Below, one piece after another: positions 1-9,474 of a stretch of 64,000 bases of DNA; position 1 is the stretch's first letter; every line of letters starts with the position of its first letter. The stretch is from Patescibacteria group bacterium. GTDB lineage: Bacteria > Omnitrophota > Gorgyraeia > Gygaellales > Profunditerraquicolaceae. The position numbers and the translations under genes were made by a program. Under the pieces are notes generated by a model, which saw nothing but the letters and a program-made list of their open reading frames with translations, was not told where the DNA came from and ran no database searches. The stretch covers positions 16,100 through 80,099 of the forward strand of contig DATJPV010000036.1 of the NCBI GenBank assembly GCA_035506195.1, read 5' to 3'.

Positions 1-150
1 ATTCAGGAAGTGCTTGGCATAGAGGAACAGATCATCATCAAGATCCATATCGTCAAGATCATCTCCATAGAAGAACGTGACCGTAAGAAGCGGGATTTGC
101 TCGAAAAGGAAGAACCCAAGATTCCGTTCGGCGGTTTTGGCAGGGCCTAA
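1..150 (+). CDS. 3' end of a CDS truncated by the window edge; possibly an AmaP/Asp23-associated membrane anchor protein
   Basis: Open frame IQEVLGIEEQIIIKIHIVKII...EEPKIPFGGFGRA, stop TAA at 148-150; family call is from resemblance only. Confidence 0.45.
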   Translation: MQEVLGIEEQIIIKIHIVKIISIEERDRKKRDLLEKEEPKIPFGGFGRA

Positions 151-168
151 AAAAGAGGAGGATATGTC

Positions 169-1200
169 ATGGCAAGGATTGGCGTACTTACCGGAGGCGG
201 CGATTGCCCCGGTCTAAACCCGGTGATACGGGCAGTGGTGCGCAAGGGCATCATCGAAGGATACGAATTCGTCGGCATCAAGAATGGCTGGAAGGGGCTT
301 GTAGAGAACGACACCATCCCTTTGACCATCGAGGCCGTTTCCGGGATATTGCCTAAAGGCGGCACCATATTGGGTACCAGCCGTACCAATCCGTACAAGA
401 AAGAGGGCTGCGTAGCGAAGGTCCAGGAAAATTATGCGAAGCTGGGGCTCGACGCGCTGATCGCGATAGGCGGGGAGGATACCTTAGGGGTTGCCTCCAA
501 GCTGACCAAGGACGGCATACCGAACATCGTCGGCGTACCCAAGACCATCGATAATGACCTGTCGTGCACCGATTATACCTTCGGCTTTGATACCGCCATC
601 AACATTGCCATGGAATGCCTTGACCGGCTCCATACCACCGCCGAAAGCCACCATCGCATCATCGTGGCCGAGCTGATGGGGCGCCATGCCGGCTGGATCG
701 CTATCGAAGCGGGTATCGCAGGCGGGGCGGACGTAATCCTGATCCCGGAGATACCGATCGACATGGATGAGGTATGCGTGACGCTCAAAAAGAGGAAACA
801 AAGAGGCAAGACGTTCAGTATCGTAGTGGTTGCGGAGGGCGCTCAATTCAAAGCCGGCACCATGGTTACCCAGGAGCAGAAACTCGATGACTTTGGGCAC
901 GTCAGGTTGGGGGGTATCGGCGAGCTCCTGGCCGAAGAGATAGAGAAACGCACAGGCTTCGAGACGCGCGTCAGCGTCCTGGGCCACATTCAGAGAGGCG
1001 GTTCGCCTACCGCATTCGACCGTATCCTGGGGACCCGTTTCGGCGTCAAGGCGGTTGAATTGGTCAAGGCCAAGCGGTTTTCCCGGATGGCTGCTTTGGC
1101 AGGCAACAAGATCATCGACGTTCCCCTGGAGGATGCGGTCAAGGCCTTGAAGACCGTAGATTCCGAATGGTGCAGCATTGCCAAAGTATTCTCGGAGTAA
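169..1200 (+). CDS. pfkA: 6-phosphofructokinase
   Basis: GGGDCPGLN, GGTILGTSR, GGEDT, PKTIDND and MGR motifs; GGAGG RBS. Confidence 0.95.
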   Translation: MARIGVLTGGGDCPGLNPVIRAVVRKGIIEGYEFVGIKNGWKGLVENDTIPLTIEAVSGILPKGGTILGTSRTNPYKKEGCVAKVQENYAKLGLDALIAIGGEDTLGVASKLTKDGIPNIVGVPKTIDNDLSCTDYTFGFDTAINIAMECLDRLHTTAESHHRIIVAELMGRHAGWIAIEAGIAGGADVILIPEIPIDMDEVCVTLKKRKQRGKTFSIVVVAEGAQFKAGTMVTQEQKLDDFGHVRLGGIGELLAEEIEKRTGFETRVSVLGHIQRGGSPTAFDRILGTRFGVKAVELVKAKRFSRMAALAGNKIIDVPLEDAVKALKTVDSEWCSIAKVFSE

Positions 1201-1206
1201 ACGACC

Positions 1207-1785
1207 ATGAGAGACAGAATAAAAGACATATTCCTGGAAAGCATTCGAGTCAAAGAGGAGCTATTGCGTACGGGCCTTGGCCAGATAGTCGAGATCGCGG
1301 AACTGGCGATCAACTGCCTGGAAAAGGGCGGCAAGATGATCGTATTCGGTAACGGCGGTTCGGCCAGCGACAGCCAGCACATCGCGGCAGAATTAGTGGG
1401 CCGCTTCAAAAAGGACAGGGCGGGGCTTCCGGCAATTTCCTTGACTACGAACACCTCGATCCTGACCGCCGTGGCCAACGACTACGGGTACGAAGCGGTT
1501 TTCGCCAAACAGGTGGAAGCCCTGGCGCATAAGAACGACATCGCCATCGGGATATCCACCAGCGGCAAGGCCAAGAACGTCGCTGCCGCCATCAAGCAGG
1601 CAAAAAAGATGGGATTAAAGACCGTCGCGCTTACCGGCGGAGATGGCGGAGAATTGGCAAAATTAGCCGACGTCAGCCTGATCGTGCCTTCCACGGTCAC
1701 CGCCAGGATTCAGGAAGCGCATATCACCGTGGGGCATATCATATGCGAACTCGTAGAAGAGGAACTCTTTCAGGAACAAAAATAA
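1207..1785 (+). CDS. gmhA: D-sedoheptulose 7-phosphate isomerase
   Basis: GNGGSA, NDYGY, STSG and IQEAH SIS-domain motifs. Confidence 0.95.
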   Translation: MRDRIKDIFLESIRVKEELLRTGLGQIVEIAELAINCLEKGGKMIVFGNGGSASDSQHIAAELVGRFKKDRAGLPAISLTTNTSILTAVANDYGYEAVFAKQVEALAHKNDIAIGISTSGKAKNVAAAIKQAKKMGLKTVALTGGDGGELAKLADVSLIVPSTVTARIQEAHITVGHIICELVEEELFQEQK

Positions 1786-2261
1786 AATCCCTCGCGCAAT
1801 TGTCCGGGGTCATCAGCCGCCTGCGGGCCCGGGGCAGGCGTATCGTGTTTACCAACGGCTGTTTTGATATCGTGCATCACGGCCATACCCGTTATCTGGA
1901 AGCGGCAAAGGCCTGCGGCGACGTATTGGTTGTCGGCGTCAATAGCGACGCCTCAGTCAGGCGCATCAAAGGGCCCCGGCGGCCCCTCGTCTGCCAGAAG
2001 GACCGGGCGGCAGTTATCGCGGCTTTGGCCAGCGTCGATTACGTGGTGATTTTTAATGAAGATACGCCGCTTAAAACGATTCAACGCCTTAAGCCAGACG
2101 TGCTGGCGAAGGGGTCGGATTGGAGCAAGGGCGCGATCGTCGGCTCGGATGTCGTCTGCGCATCCGGCGGCAGCGTAGTAAGGCTCCCCCTGTTAGAGGG
2201 CCGTTCGACCACTAACTTGATCAAAAAAATTGCTAAAACCTACGTGTGCAAGCGCCGTTAA
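1743..2261 (+). CDS. rfaE2: D-glycero-beta-D-manno-heptose 1-phosphate adenylyltransferase (RfaE domain II); start uncertain
   Basis: FTNGCFDIVHHGH, NSDASV, KGSDW and STT motifs; follows gmhA. Confidence 0.9.
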   Translation: MRTRRRGTLSGTKIKSLAQLSGVISRLRARGRRIVFTNGCFDIVHHGHTRYLEAAKACGDVLVVGVNSDASVRRIKGPRRPLVCQKDRAAVIAALASVDYVVIFNEDTPLKTIQRLKPDVLAKGSDWSKGAIVGSDVVCASGGSVVRLPLLEGRSTTNLIKKIAKTYVCKRR

Positions 2262-2673
2262 CCGCATCATCGATGCCAACCTTAACCGCCTCAAGGAAGG
2301 GTTGCGCGTATGCGAAGAGGTGGTCCGTTTTGCGCTGGACGACCGCCGGTTTACGTCCGAACTTAAGCTGATACGGCACCGTATCGGCAACGCCGTCGAA
2401 CGCTTCATACCGAGGCTTGAACTGCTTGCCTATCGCGACAGCCTCAGGGATGTCGGCAGGGATGTCTACGGTCAGGAGTTGCACAGGGAAAGCCTGCGGG
2501 ACGTTTTCTTTGCCAACATGCAGCGCGTCAAGGAATCCGTGCGCGTGCTGGAGGAATTGAGCAAGCTCAAGGATCCCAAGGCCGCGGTGCTTTTGAAACG
2601 GGAACGTTACCGTATCTATCAAATCGAAAAAAGGCTCGCGAAAAAGATGCACCTGTGCGCACAAGACCGATGA
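2230..2673 (+). CDS. ThiD2-like protein (stand-alone N-terminal domain of thiamine-phosphate synthase)
   Basis: RIIDANLNRLKEGLRVCEE and ANMQRVKESVRVLEE repeats; directly upstream of thiC. Confidence 0.8.
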   Translation: MLKPTCASAVNRIIDANLNRLKEGLRVCEEVVRFALDDRRFTSELKLIRHRIGNAVERFIPRLELLAYRDSLRDVGRDVYGQELHRESLRDVFFANMQRVKESVRVLEELSKLKDPKAAVLLKRERYRIYQIEKRLAKKMHLCAQDR

Positions 2674-3953
2674 CCCAGCTTATCTACGCCCAGAAAAAGA
2701 TCATTACCTCCCTCATGAAAAGGATCAGCCGCGCAGAAGGGATAGACGCCGAAGACCTCTGCCGGCGCCTTGCGCAGGGGCAGGTTGTCATTCCGCACAA
2801 TAACCGGCGCCGGATCCAGAACCCCTGCGCCGTCGGGTGTGGCTTGGCCACTAAGATAAATGCGAACATCGGCACTTCCACCGATCGCTCGTCACTGGTG
2901 GAGGAACTGAAAAAGCTTAAGGTAGCCGTCAAATACGGCGCGGACACCGTGATGGATTTAAGCGTAGGCCCGGATATCCCTTTGGTGCGCCGGCAGATAC
3001 TCAAATACTCTCCGGTGCCGGTGGGGACCGTACCCATCTATGAAACGGCAGTAGCCGTCAAAAAACAAAAAGGGGATGCCTTGCGCTTTGACGCCTCCGA
3101 TATCCTGGAGGTCTTACGGGCCCAGGCTGAAGACGGAGTCGATTTCTTTACCATCCACGCGGGGGTTACCCGCAAGAGCCTGGCGGCTATAAAACGCAAT
3201 AAACGGGTCATGGGCATTGTTTCAAGGGGAGGGGCGATCCTGGCGGCCTGGATAGAGCTTCACGGAAAAGAAAATCCGTTTTTTGAATATTTCGACCAAA
3301 TCCTGGATATCGCCCGGCGCCATGACGTAACCTTAAGTTTAGGGGACGGCCTGAGGCCCGGTTCGATATTGGATGCGACGGATAAGGCGCAGATCGCAGA
3401 GCTAAGGATCCTGGGCGAGCTGGCGCAGAAGGCCAGGAGAGAGGGCGTGCAGGTCATGATCGAAGGCCCCGGCCATGTGCCTCTGAGCGACATCAAGAAG
3501 AATATTCTGCTGCAAAAAAAGATATGCCATCAGGCGCCGTTCTATGTATTAGGGCCGCTGGTTACCGATGTCGCCGCCGGTTACGATCACATTACCTCGG
3601 CTATCGGAGGCGCCCTTGCCGCAAGCTACGGGGCTGATTTCCTTTGCTATGTGACTCCCGCGGAGCACCTGCGCCATCCGACTGTCGACGATGTCCGCGA
3701 AGGCGTGGTGGCTGCCAAGATCGCTGCCCACGCCGCCGACATAAGCAAGGGCATCAAATCCGCGCTCCTTTGGGACAGACGCATGTCGGACGCCCGAAAG
3801 GCGCGCGACTGGAAGAAACAGGTTGCGCTTGCGCTGGACCCTGACCGCGCGCGCCAGTACCGGATGTCTTCGCGCCCGCAACTGTCCGACGTCTGCACCA
3901 TGTGCGGGGATTACTGTTCGATCCGGATGACGGAGAAGTGCCTTGGGATGTAA
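2670..3953 (+). CDS. thiC: Phosphomethylpyrimidine synthase
   Basis: KINANIGTS, GADTVMDLS, SRGG, EGPGH, YVTPAEHL and C-terminal CTMCGDYC. Confidence 0.95.
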   Translation: MTQLIYAQKKIITSLMKRISRAEGIDAEDLCRRLAQGQVVIPHNNRRRIQNPCAVGCGLATKINANIGTSTDRSSLVEELKKLKVAVKYGADTVMDLSVGPDIPLVRRQILKYSPVPVGTVPIYETAVAVKKQKGDALRFDASDILEVLRAQAEDGVDFFTIHAGVTRKSLAAIKRNKRVMGIVSRGGAILAAWIELHGKENPFFEYFDQILDIARRHDVTLSLGDGLRPGSILDATDKAQIAELRILGELAQKARREGVQVMIEGPGHVPLSDIKKNILLQKKICHQAPFYVLGPLVTDVAAGYDHITSAIGGALAASYGADFLCYVTPAEHLRHPTVDDVREGVVAAKIAAHAADISKGIKSALLWDRRMSDARKARDWKKQVALALDPDRARQYRMSSRPQLSDVCTMCGDYCSIRMTEKCLGM

Positions 3954-3966
3954 CGATGTAGGATAT

Positions 3967-4037
3967 GCGAGAGTAGTTCAGTGGCAGAACACCAGCTTCC
4001 CAAGCTGGATATGGGGGTTCGATTCCCCTCTCTCGCT
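3967..4037 (+). tRNA. tRNA-Gly (CCC)
   Basis: Acceptor GCGAGAG/CTCTCGC, anticodon arm CCAGC-TTCCCAA-GCTGG, T-loop TTCGATT. Confidence 0.95.
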
Positions 4038-4047
4038 TTGACTGCGT

Positions 4048-4734
4048 ATGATGCCAGATAAAAGACCAGCCTTGCCTGTAAAAACGTATGCGATATCCGG
4101 CATCATGTGCATTTTGATGGTATCCGGCTGCGCCAGTACTCCGATGGTAGTTTCACCCAAGCCGGAAGGGGTCTCCGGGGTGTATCACCGGGTGGAAAAA
4201 GGGCAGACCTTGTGGATGATCTCCCGGATCTACAATATGGACGTGGAAGAGCTGGCCAGGGTCAACCGCATATCGGATACGGCCAAGGTCGAAGCCGGCC
4301 AACAGGTTTTTATCCCCTTTGCCCAGAAGCCCTGTCCGGTCCCGGAGAAGAACCTCGGCGGCGGTTTCATCTGGCCGCTGAAAGGCAGGGTCGTCGGCGA
4401 ATTCAGCCAGACCTACGCCAATATGATCAACAAGGGCGTCAATATTCAGCCGTATTCGGGCAACACCGAGGTAGTCGCCAGCCGCAGCGGCCGGGTAGTG
4501 TTCTATGCCCCCGACTTCGACGTCTATGGTAAAACCGTTATCCTTGACCACGGCGACGGCTTCATGACGGTATATGCCCGCAATGCCGAAGTGTACGTCA
4601 AACCGGGCGACCGGGTCGAGAAGGGCAATGTCATTGCCCGGGCTGGTTCTGCCGGAAGGGACAAAGCCGTGTACCTGCATTTCGAAATACGCAAGGGGCG
4701 CCTGCCCCAGAACCCTAATTTTTATCTGCCATGA
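4048..4734 (+). CDS. LysM + M23-family lipoprotein (NlpD-like)
   Basis: Lipobox VSGC, LysM (HRVEKGQTLW...), M23 domain with LHFEIR; Zn ligands appear partly degenerate (NKGVNI, YARN). Confidence 0.85.
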   Translation: MMPDKRPALPVKTYAISGIMCILMVSGCASTPMVVSPKPEGVSGVYHRVEKGQTLWMISRIYNMDVEELARVNRISDTAKVEAGQQVFIPFAQKPCPVPEKNLGGGFIWPLKGRVVGEFSQTYANMINKGVNIQPYSGNTEVVASRSGRVVFYAPDFDVYGKTVILDHGDGFMTVYARNAEVYVKPGDRVEKGNVIARAGSAGRDKAVYLHFEIRKGRLPQNPNFYLP

Positions 4735-6320
4735 AAAGCACGTTTGTCGGTAGGAAAGATTACCTGGGGATCCTGGAGAAGCGCATCCGCGACCTCAAGG
4801 ATGGGTACCGCCAGAATATCGCGATCATCGGCGACGAGATGGTGGGCAAGACTTCCATTATTTTCCGGTTCCTCAACAAATTCTGCGACAACCGGATCAT
4901 TACACTCTATTTTGAAACTAGGCCGGAATCGACGGTTTCCTTTGCGCGCAGGTTCATCTCGGTGCTGCTGTATAATTTCTTGAGCCACAGCGCTATCCCC
5001 CTGCAAGAGGACCTGGGCTTTCTTATGCGCGTATCTTCCAAATATATCCCCGTCACGATTGAGAGAATCAACCTGATCCTGGAGGGGCTGGACAAGAGAA
5101 AGAAAAATAACCTGTTCGGCGACCTGCTTTCGTTGTGCGAAAGTATCTACCAGGAAACTTCGAAATCCTGCGTGGTCATTTTTGATGAGTTCCTGAATCT
5201 CGAAAGCCTTGATGCCAAACACCTGTATAAAGAATGGTCCCGGCTCCTGATCTCCCAGAAACACACCATGTATATCATTATCAGCTCGATGAAATACCGG
5301 ACCAAGAACGTCCTGGCCAAAGACCTCTCCCTGTTGTTCGGCAATTTTGAGGTGATCACGATCGAGCCGTTCGATATCCCCGCTTCGGGGGAATATCTGG
5401 AGCAGAGGCTTGCGGGGGTAACGCTTGAGCCTGGGCTGAAAAATTTTATCATGCATCTCACCGGCGGCTACCCCTTTTACCTGGAAGTGGTTTCCGGGGC
5501 GCTGCTGAAATCATATCAGAACAACCTCTCGGATATACTGGAAGACCTGCTGTTCGAATCCTCAGGGATATTGCACCAGCGTTTTTCGGTCTACCTTAAG
5601 CGTTTTCTGGATGGTCCGCTTGGCCAGGGCAACGGCGCCATCTTGTCGTTGATCGCCAGCGGCCAGAACAGGCTCAACGATATCGCGCATATCCTGCGCC
5701 GGAGCAAAAAGGAACTGAACTTGCATATCGGCCAGCTCATGGAGCTCGACGCCATATCGCGCAGCGGAGATTTCCTGAAGGTAAATGACCGCGTGTTTGC
5801 TTTTTGGCTAAGGTTCGTGCACCAGAACAAGATCAGCTCTCTGGCCTTCGATGCCAAGAGCCAGAAAGCCGCCTTTAAGGAGCAGATCGAAAAAATGATC
5901 CAGGAATTCATGGCGGCGGCGCAGAAGCCGTTGATCGACCGGATGGCGGAACTGTTCCGTTCGTTCTCCGACGATACGCTTCAGCTTGAGCGCAAGCGCC
6001 TGAGGCTGGCGCATTTCCGGGAGATTAAACCCATGGAGCTCAACCGCGCCGGCCTGCGGGAAGGCCTGATCGGCCGTTCCCACGACAGCCTTTGGATCGT
6101 CGCGTTCAAAAAGGACTCTCTTACCGAAGAGGATGTGGCGGAATTCGCGAAAGAGTGCAAGAAATACCGGCACAAGCTGCAAACAAAAGTTATCGTGACC
6201 CTCAGGGATATCGATGCCAACGCACGGCTGCGGGCCCTGGAGGAAAAGATCTGGACCTGGGATATCAACCGGCTCAATCAGATCTTTGATCTGTTCTCTA
6301 AGCCCCGGGTGATCGCATAG
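4731..6320 (+). CDS. Archaeal-ATPase-like P-loop NTPase with winged helix and restriction-endonuclease-like C-terminus
   Basis: FVGR start, Walker A GDEMVGKT, Walker B VVIFDEF, TGGYPFYL motif. Confidence 0.7.
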   Translation: MKSTFVGRKDYLGILEKRIRDLKDGYRQNIAIIGDEMVGKTSIIFRFLNKFCDNRIITLYFETRPESTVSFARRFISVLLYNFLSHSAIPLQEDLGFLMRVSSKYIPVTIERINLILEGLDKRKKNNLFGDLLSLCESIYQETSKSCVVIFDEFLNLESLDAKHLYKEWSRLLISQKHTMYIIISSMKYRTKNVLAKDLSLLFGNFEVITIEPFDIPASGEYLEQRLAGVTLEPGLKNFIMHLTGGYPFYLEVVSGALLKSYQNNLSDILEDLLFESSGILHQRFSVYLKRFLDGPLGQGNGAILSLIASGQNRLNDIAHILRRSKKELNLHIGQLMELDAISRSGDFLKVNDRVFAFWLRFVHQNKISSLAFDAKSQKAAFKEQIEKMIQEFMAAAQKPLIDRMAELFRSFSDDTLQLERKRLRLAHFREIKPMELNRAGLREGLIGRSHDSLWIVAFKKDSLTEEDVAEFAKECKKYRHKLQTKVIVTLRDIDANARLRALEEKIWTWDINRLNQIFDLFSKPRVIA

Positions 6321-6321
6321 C

Positions 6322-6813
6322 ATGGTTAAGATCGGAGTGATCTCTGATACCCATATTCCTTTTAGCGCAAGGCAGATACCCCAGAAGGTTATCGATGATT
6401 TCAAAACCGTCGATATGGTGATGGTCGCAGGCGACCTGGCTGAGATGAGCGTGCTCAAACAGTTAAAGAGCGCCTGCCCCCGCGTGCATGCGGTCTGGGG
6501 GAATATGGACGGGCCGGAGGTCAGGGCCCATCTGCCGGAGAAAGAGGTCATTACCGTCGGTAGCCACAAGATCGGCCTCATGCACGGCTACGGCCATCCG
6601 GACGGATTGCTTGCTGTCATGCGCGCTGCATTTAAGGACGACGGGGTTGACATGATCATTTTCGGCCATTCGCACAAGCCCTACAACGAAAAAAAAGACG
6701 GCATCCTGTATTTTAATCCCGGCAGCCCTACGGATACGGCATTCGCTCCGTACAATTCATACGGCATGGTCGAGATAAACGATGCCATTAACGCCAGGAT
6801 AGTGAAGCTCTGA
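6322..6813 (+). CDS. Metallophosphoesterase (YfcE/MJ0936 family)
   Basis: SDTH, GD, GNMD, GHSH and NPGS motifs. Confidence 0.9.
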   Translation: MVKIGVISDTHIPFSARQIPQKVIDDFKTVDMVMVAGDLAEMSVLKQLKSACPRVHAVWGNMDGPEVRAHLPEKEVITVGSHKIGLMHGYGHPDGLLAVMRAAFKDDGVDMIIFGHSHKPYNEKKDGILYFNPGSPTDTAFAPYNSYGMVEINDAINARIVKL

Positions 6814-7283
6814 TGGATAAACTGTGGGCCCCCTGGAGGGTCAATTACGTACAGGCGAAGAAAACGAAGGGGTGCGTTTTTTGCAAGGCTCAGCGCCGCA
6901 AAGACGCAAAGCCGGTTGTATTCAGGACCCTCTATTCAGTCTGCTTGCTTAATATTTTTCCGTATAACAACGGCCACCTGATGGTTGCCCCCCGGGCGCA
7001 TAAGCCGCAGCTGGCTGACTTAACCGACCCCGAGGCGCTGGACCTGTTACGCAGCCTGGACAGGGCGAAAAGATTATTGCAAAAAACCCTGAAGCCCGAC
7101 GGTTTTAACATCGGCATCAACGTCTCCCGCAGCGCCGGCGCCGGCATTACCGGCCACCTGCATATCCATATTGTCCCGCGCTGGCAGGGGGATACGAACT
7201 TCATGCCCGTCCTACATAACACAAAAGTGATCTCTCAGTCTTTGGAACAACTTTGCCGCATACTAAAACATGCTGACGCCTAG
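6813..7283 (+). CDS. HIT-family hydrolase (Ap4A phosphorylase-like)
   Basis: LWAPWR, CVFC, PYNNGH, HLHIH triad. Confidence 0.9.
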   Translation: MDKLWAPWRVNYVQAKKTKGCVFCKAQRRKDAKPVVFRTLYSVCLLNIFPYNNGHLMVAPRAHKPQLADLTDPEALDLLRSLDRAKRLLQKTLKPDGFNIGINVSRSAGAGITGHLHIHIVPRWQGDTNFMPVLHNTKVISQSLEQLCRILKHADA

Positions 7284-8424
7284 CCGGATCCGGGAATACG
7301 AAGATACGTTTTTGGCCCCCTATGCCATGAAGAGCTGCCTTAGCCGCGGCCGGGTGCACAAGGAGCCGGAGCATGCGTATCGGTCAGCCTATCAGCGGGA
7401 CCGGGACCGGATTATCCATTCTGCGGCATTCCGCAGGCTGGTGCATAAAACCCAGGTTTTTGTGACCCATGAAGGGGATTATTACCGCACCAGGCTTACG
7501 CATACCCTGGAGGCCGCGCAGATCGCCCGGACTATCGCGACAGCCTTGAGCTTGAATGTCGACCTGACCGAGGCGACGACCCTGGCGCACGACCTGGGGC
7601 ATACGCCGTTCGGCCACTCCGGAGAGGAAGCCTTGAATGAACTTATGGCCGGCTTCGGCGGATTCAATCACAATCTCCACGGCCTGCGCGTGGTCGATAT
7701 ACTGGAAGAGCGCTACCCCAGTTTCCCGGGCCTGAATTTGACCTGGGAGGTCAGGGAAGGGATCGTCAAGCATTCTTCGGCATTTGATAAGACGGATATC
7801 CCGCCGGAGTTCAGCCCCGAAGAAATGCCGCCCCTGGAAACGCAGGTGGTGGATATTGCCGACGAGATCGCCTACGACAACCATGACCTTGATGACGGCT
7901 TGACCTCGGGCTTGCTGAAGGAGTCGGACCTGGAAAAGTTGCCGATATGGGAAAAGATCCGGGCGGGCCTTTCCAGCCAATATTCGTCCCTTGAGCCGAA
8001 GATCCGCAAGCACCTGCTTATCCGTTCGTTGATCAACATGCAGGTCACCGACCTGATCCAGGAGACGGAAAAGAATATTCATGCCCTTCGCCTGGGGTCG
8101 TGCGATGACGTAAAGAAACTGGACCGGAAGGTGATCTCGTTCAGCCAGGAAGTTTCGCAGCTGCGCAAGCCCATGCGCGAGCTTCTCGTGCGCAAGCTCT
8201 ACCACCATTATCGCGTAGTCAGGATGAGCAACAAGGCCAAACGGTTCGTAAAGGACTTGTTCACCGTATATGTGGAAAAACCAGAAGCCCTGCCGGACGA
8301 TATCCAGGCAAGGGTGCCGCGCGACGGCGTGCGGCTGGCGGTGTGCGATTACATCGCCTCAATGACCGATAGGTATGCCCTCGATGAATACAAAAAACTA
8401 TTTGAGCCCTACGAAAAGGTATAA
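7270..8424 (+). CDS. dgt: Deoxyguanosinetriphosphate triphosphohydrolase
   Basis: RDRDRIIHS, KTQVF, RTRLTH and HDLGHTPFGH motifs. Confidence 0.92.
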   Translation: MLTPSRIREYEDTFLAPYAMKSCLSRGRVHKEPEHAYRSAYQRDRDRIIHSAAFRRLVHKTQVFVTHEGDYYRTRLTHTLEAAQIARTIATALSLNVDLTEATTLAHDLGHTPFGHSGEEALNELMAGFGGFNHNLHGLRVVDILEERYPSFPGLNLTWEVREGIVKHSSAFDKTDIPPEFSPEEMPPLETQVVDIADEIAYDNHDLDDGLTSGLLKESDLEKLPIWEKIRAGLSSQYSSLEPKIRKHLLIRSLINMQVTDLIQETEKNIHALRLGSCDDVKKLDRKVISFSQEVSQLRKPMRELLVRKLYHHYRVVRMSNKAKRFVKDLFTVYVEKPEALPDDIQARVPRDGVRLAVCDYIASMTDRYALDEYKKLFEPYEKV

Positions 8425-9448
8425 ACTGCTGATCTCGGCAGTCCACAGCGTCTACCGGCTGATCAGTTCGACCTTTGAATTGAAGGACCTGTTTCCGCGC
8501 CTGGCCAGGCTTCTCTGCCAGATATTCAATGCCTGCGGCTGCGAGATCGTGCTCTTTGATTCCACCAGCCGGTATTCCGTCTTCAGGTGCGAGGTAGGAG
8601 AGAGGAAGAAATATATCAGCGATAAAAAGAAAAGGATCATCGACCGCCTGGAAAAGAATATCGCCAAGCGCCCCGCGGTTGTGCGTAACGCCGAACTGCT
8701 GGCGGTGCCGTTGATCTGCGAAGATTCGGGGGGCGTGATCATCGTAAAACGCAAGAACGAACCCGCCCCGTTCGAAAGCTTCGACCAGGAAGTGTTGATG
8801 ACCCTGGCGGAACAGGTGATCGTGGCTATCCGGAACCTTCAGCTGGTCGGGGAACAGCAAAAGATCATCCTGGGAAGCATAAAATCGCTGGTTACTTTGC
8901 TGGACATGCGCGTTCCCCAGGAGTACGCGCATTCTCCGTATTTCCGCCGCCTGGTCATGTCGATCGCCCAACAGATGCACCTCGATCCGAAACAGATCGA
9001 AAGCCTTAAATACGCCAGTCTCTTGCATGACGCCGGCAAGATCGATATCCCGCCGGAGATATTGTCCAAAACCAGCAAGCTTACTCCGCGCGAATACAAG
9101 ATTGTCAAGCGGCACCCGGCCAGGGGCGCCCAGATCCTGCGTTCCTTCCAGATATTGAAACCCGTTATCCCTATTATCATGCACCACCATGAGAAATACG
9201 ACGGTACGGGCTATCCTTCGCGCCTGAAGAAGGGGCAGATCCCCGAAGGGGCGCGGGTCATGGCGGTTGCCGACGCCTTCGAGGCCATGGTGTACGGGCG
9301 GCCTTACCGGGAAAGGAAGGATATCCTTTCGGCGGTCAGGGAGATCAAGAAGAAAAGCGGCACGCAATTCGACCCCAGGGTCGTCGAGGCGTTCTTGCGC
9401 GTAGTCAAAAAGATCGATACAAAAAAGTACTTGCAACGCAATGAATGA
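8375..9448 (+). CDS. GAF + HD-GYP phosphodiesterase
   Basis: N-terminal GAF-like region; LHDAGK, HHHEKYDGTGYP and RPYR. Confidence 0.88.
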   Translation: MPSMNTKNYLSPTKRYKLLISAVHSVYRLISSTFELKDLFPRLARLLCQIFNACGCEIVLFDSTSRYSVFRCEVGERKKYISDKKKRIIDRLEKNIAKRPAVVRNAELLAVPLICEDSGGVIIVKRKNEPAPFESFDQEVLMTLAEQVIVAIRNLQLVGEQQKIILGSIKSLVTLLDMRVPQEYAHSPYFRRLVMSIAQQMHLDPKQIESLKYASLLHDAGKIDIPPEILSKTSKLTPREYKIVKRHPARGAQILRSFQILKPVIPIIMHHHEKYDGTGYPSRLKKGQIPEGARVMAVADAFEAMVYGRPYRERKDILSAVREIKKKSGTQFDPRVVEAFLRVVKKIDTKKYLQRNE

Positions 9449-9474
9449 AAGTTATATAATTGGCGGTATTCGTC

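Noticed and set aside
1743-1785. gmhA/rfaE2 43-bp overlap as a frameshifted fusion
   Set aside because: Both ORFs are complete with their own motifs; an uncertain start codon explains the overlap
2200-2700. TPP riboswitch upstream of thiC
   Set aside because: Genes overlap with no intergenic space, and no aptamer consensus was seen
3967-8424. tRNA-Gly as the integration site of a defence island
   Set aside because: No integrase, no duplicated tRNA 3' end seen, and the downstream genes are tightly coupled with host-like composition
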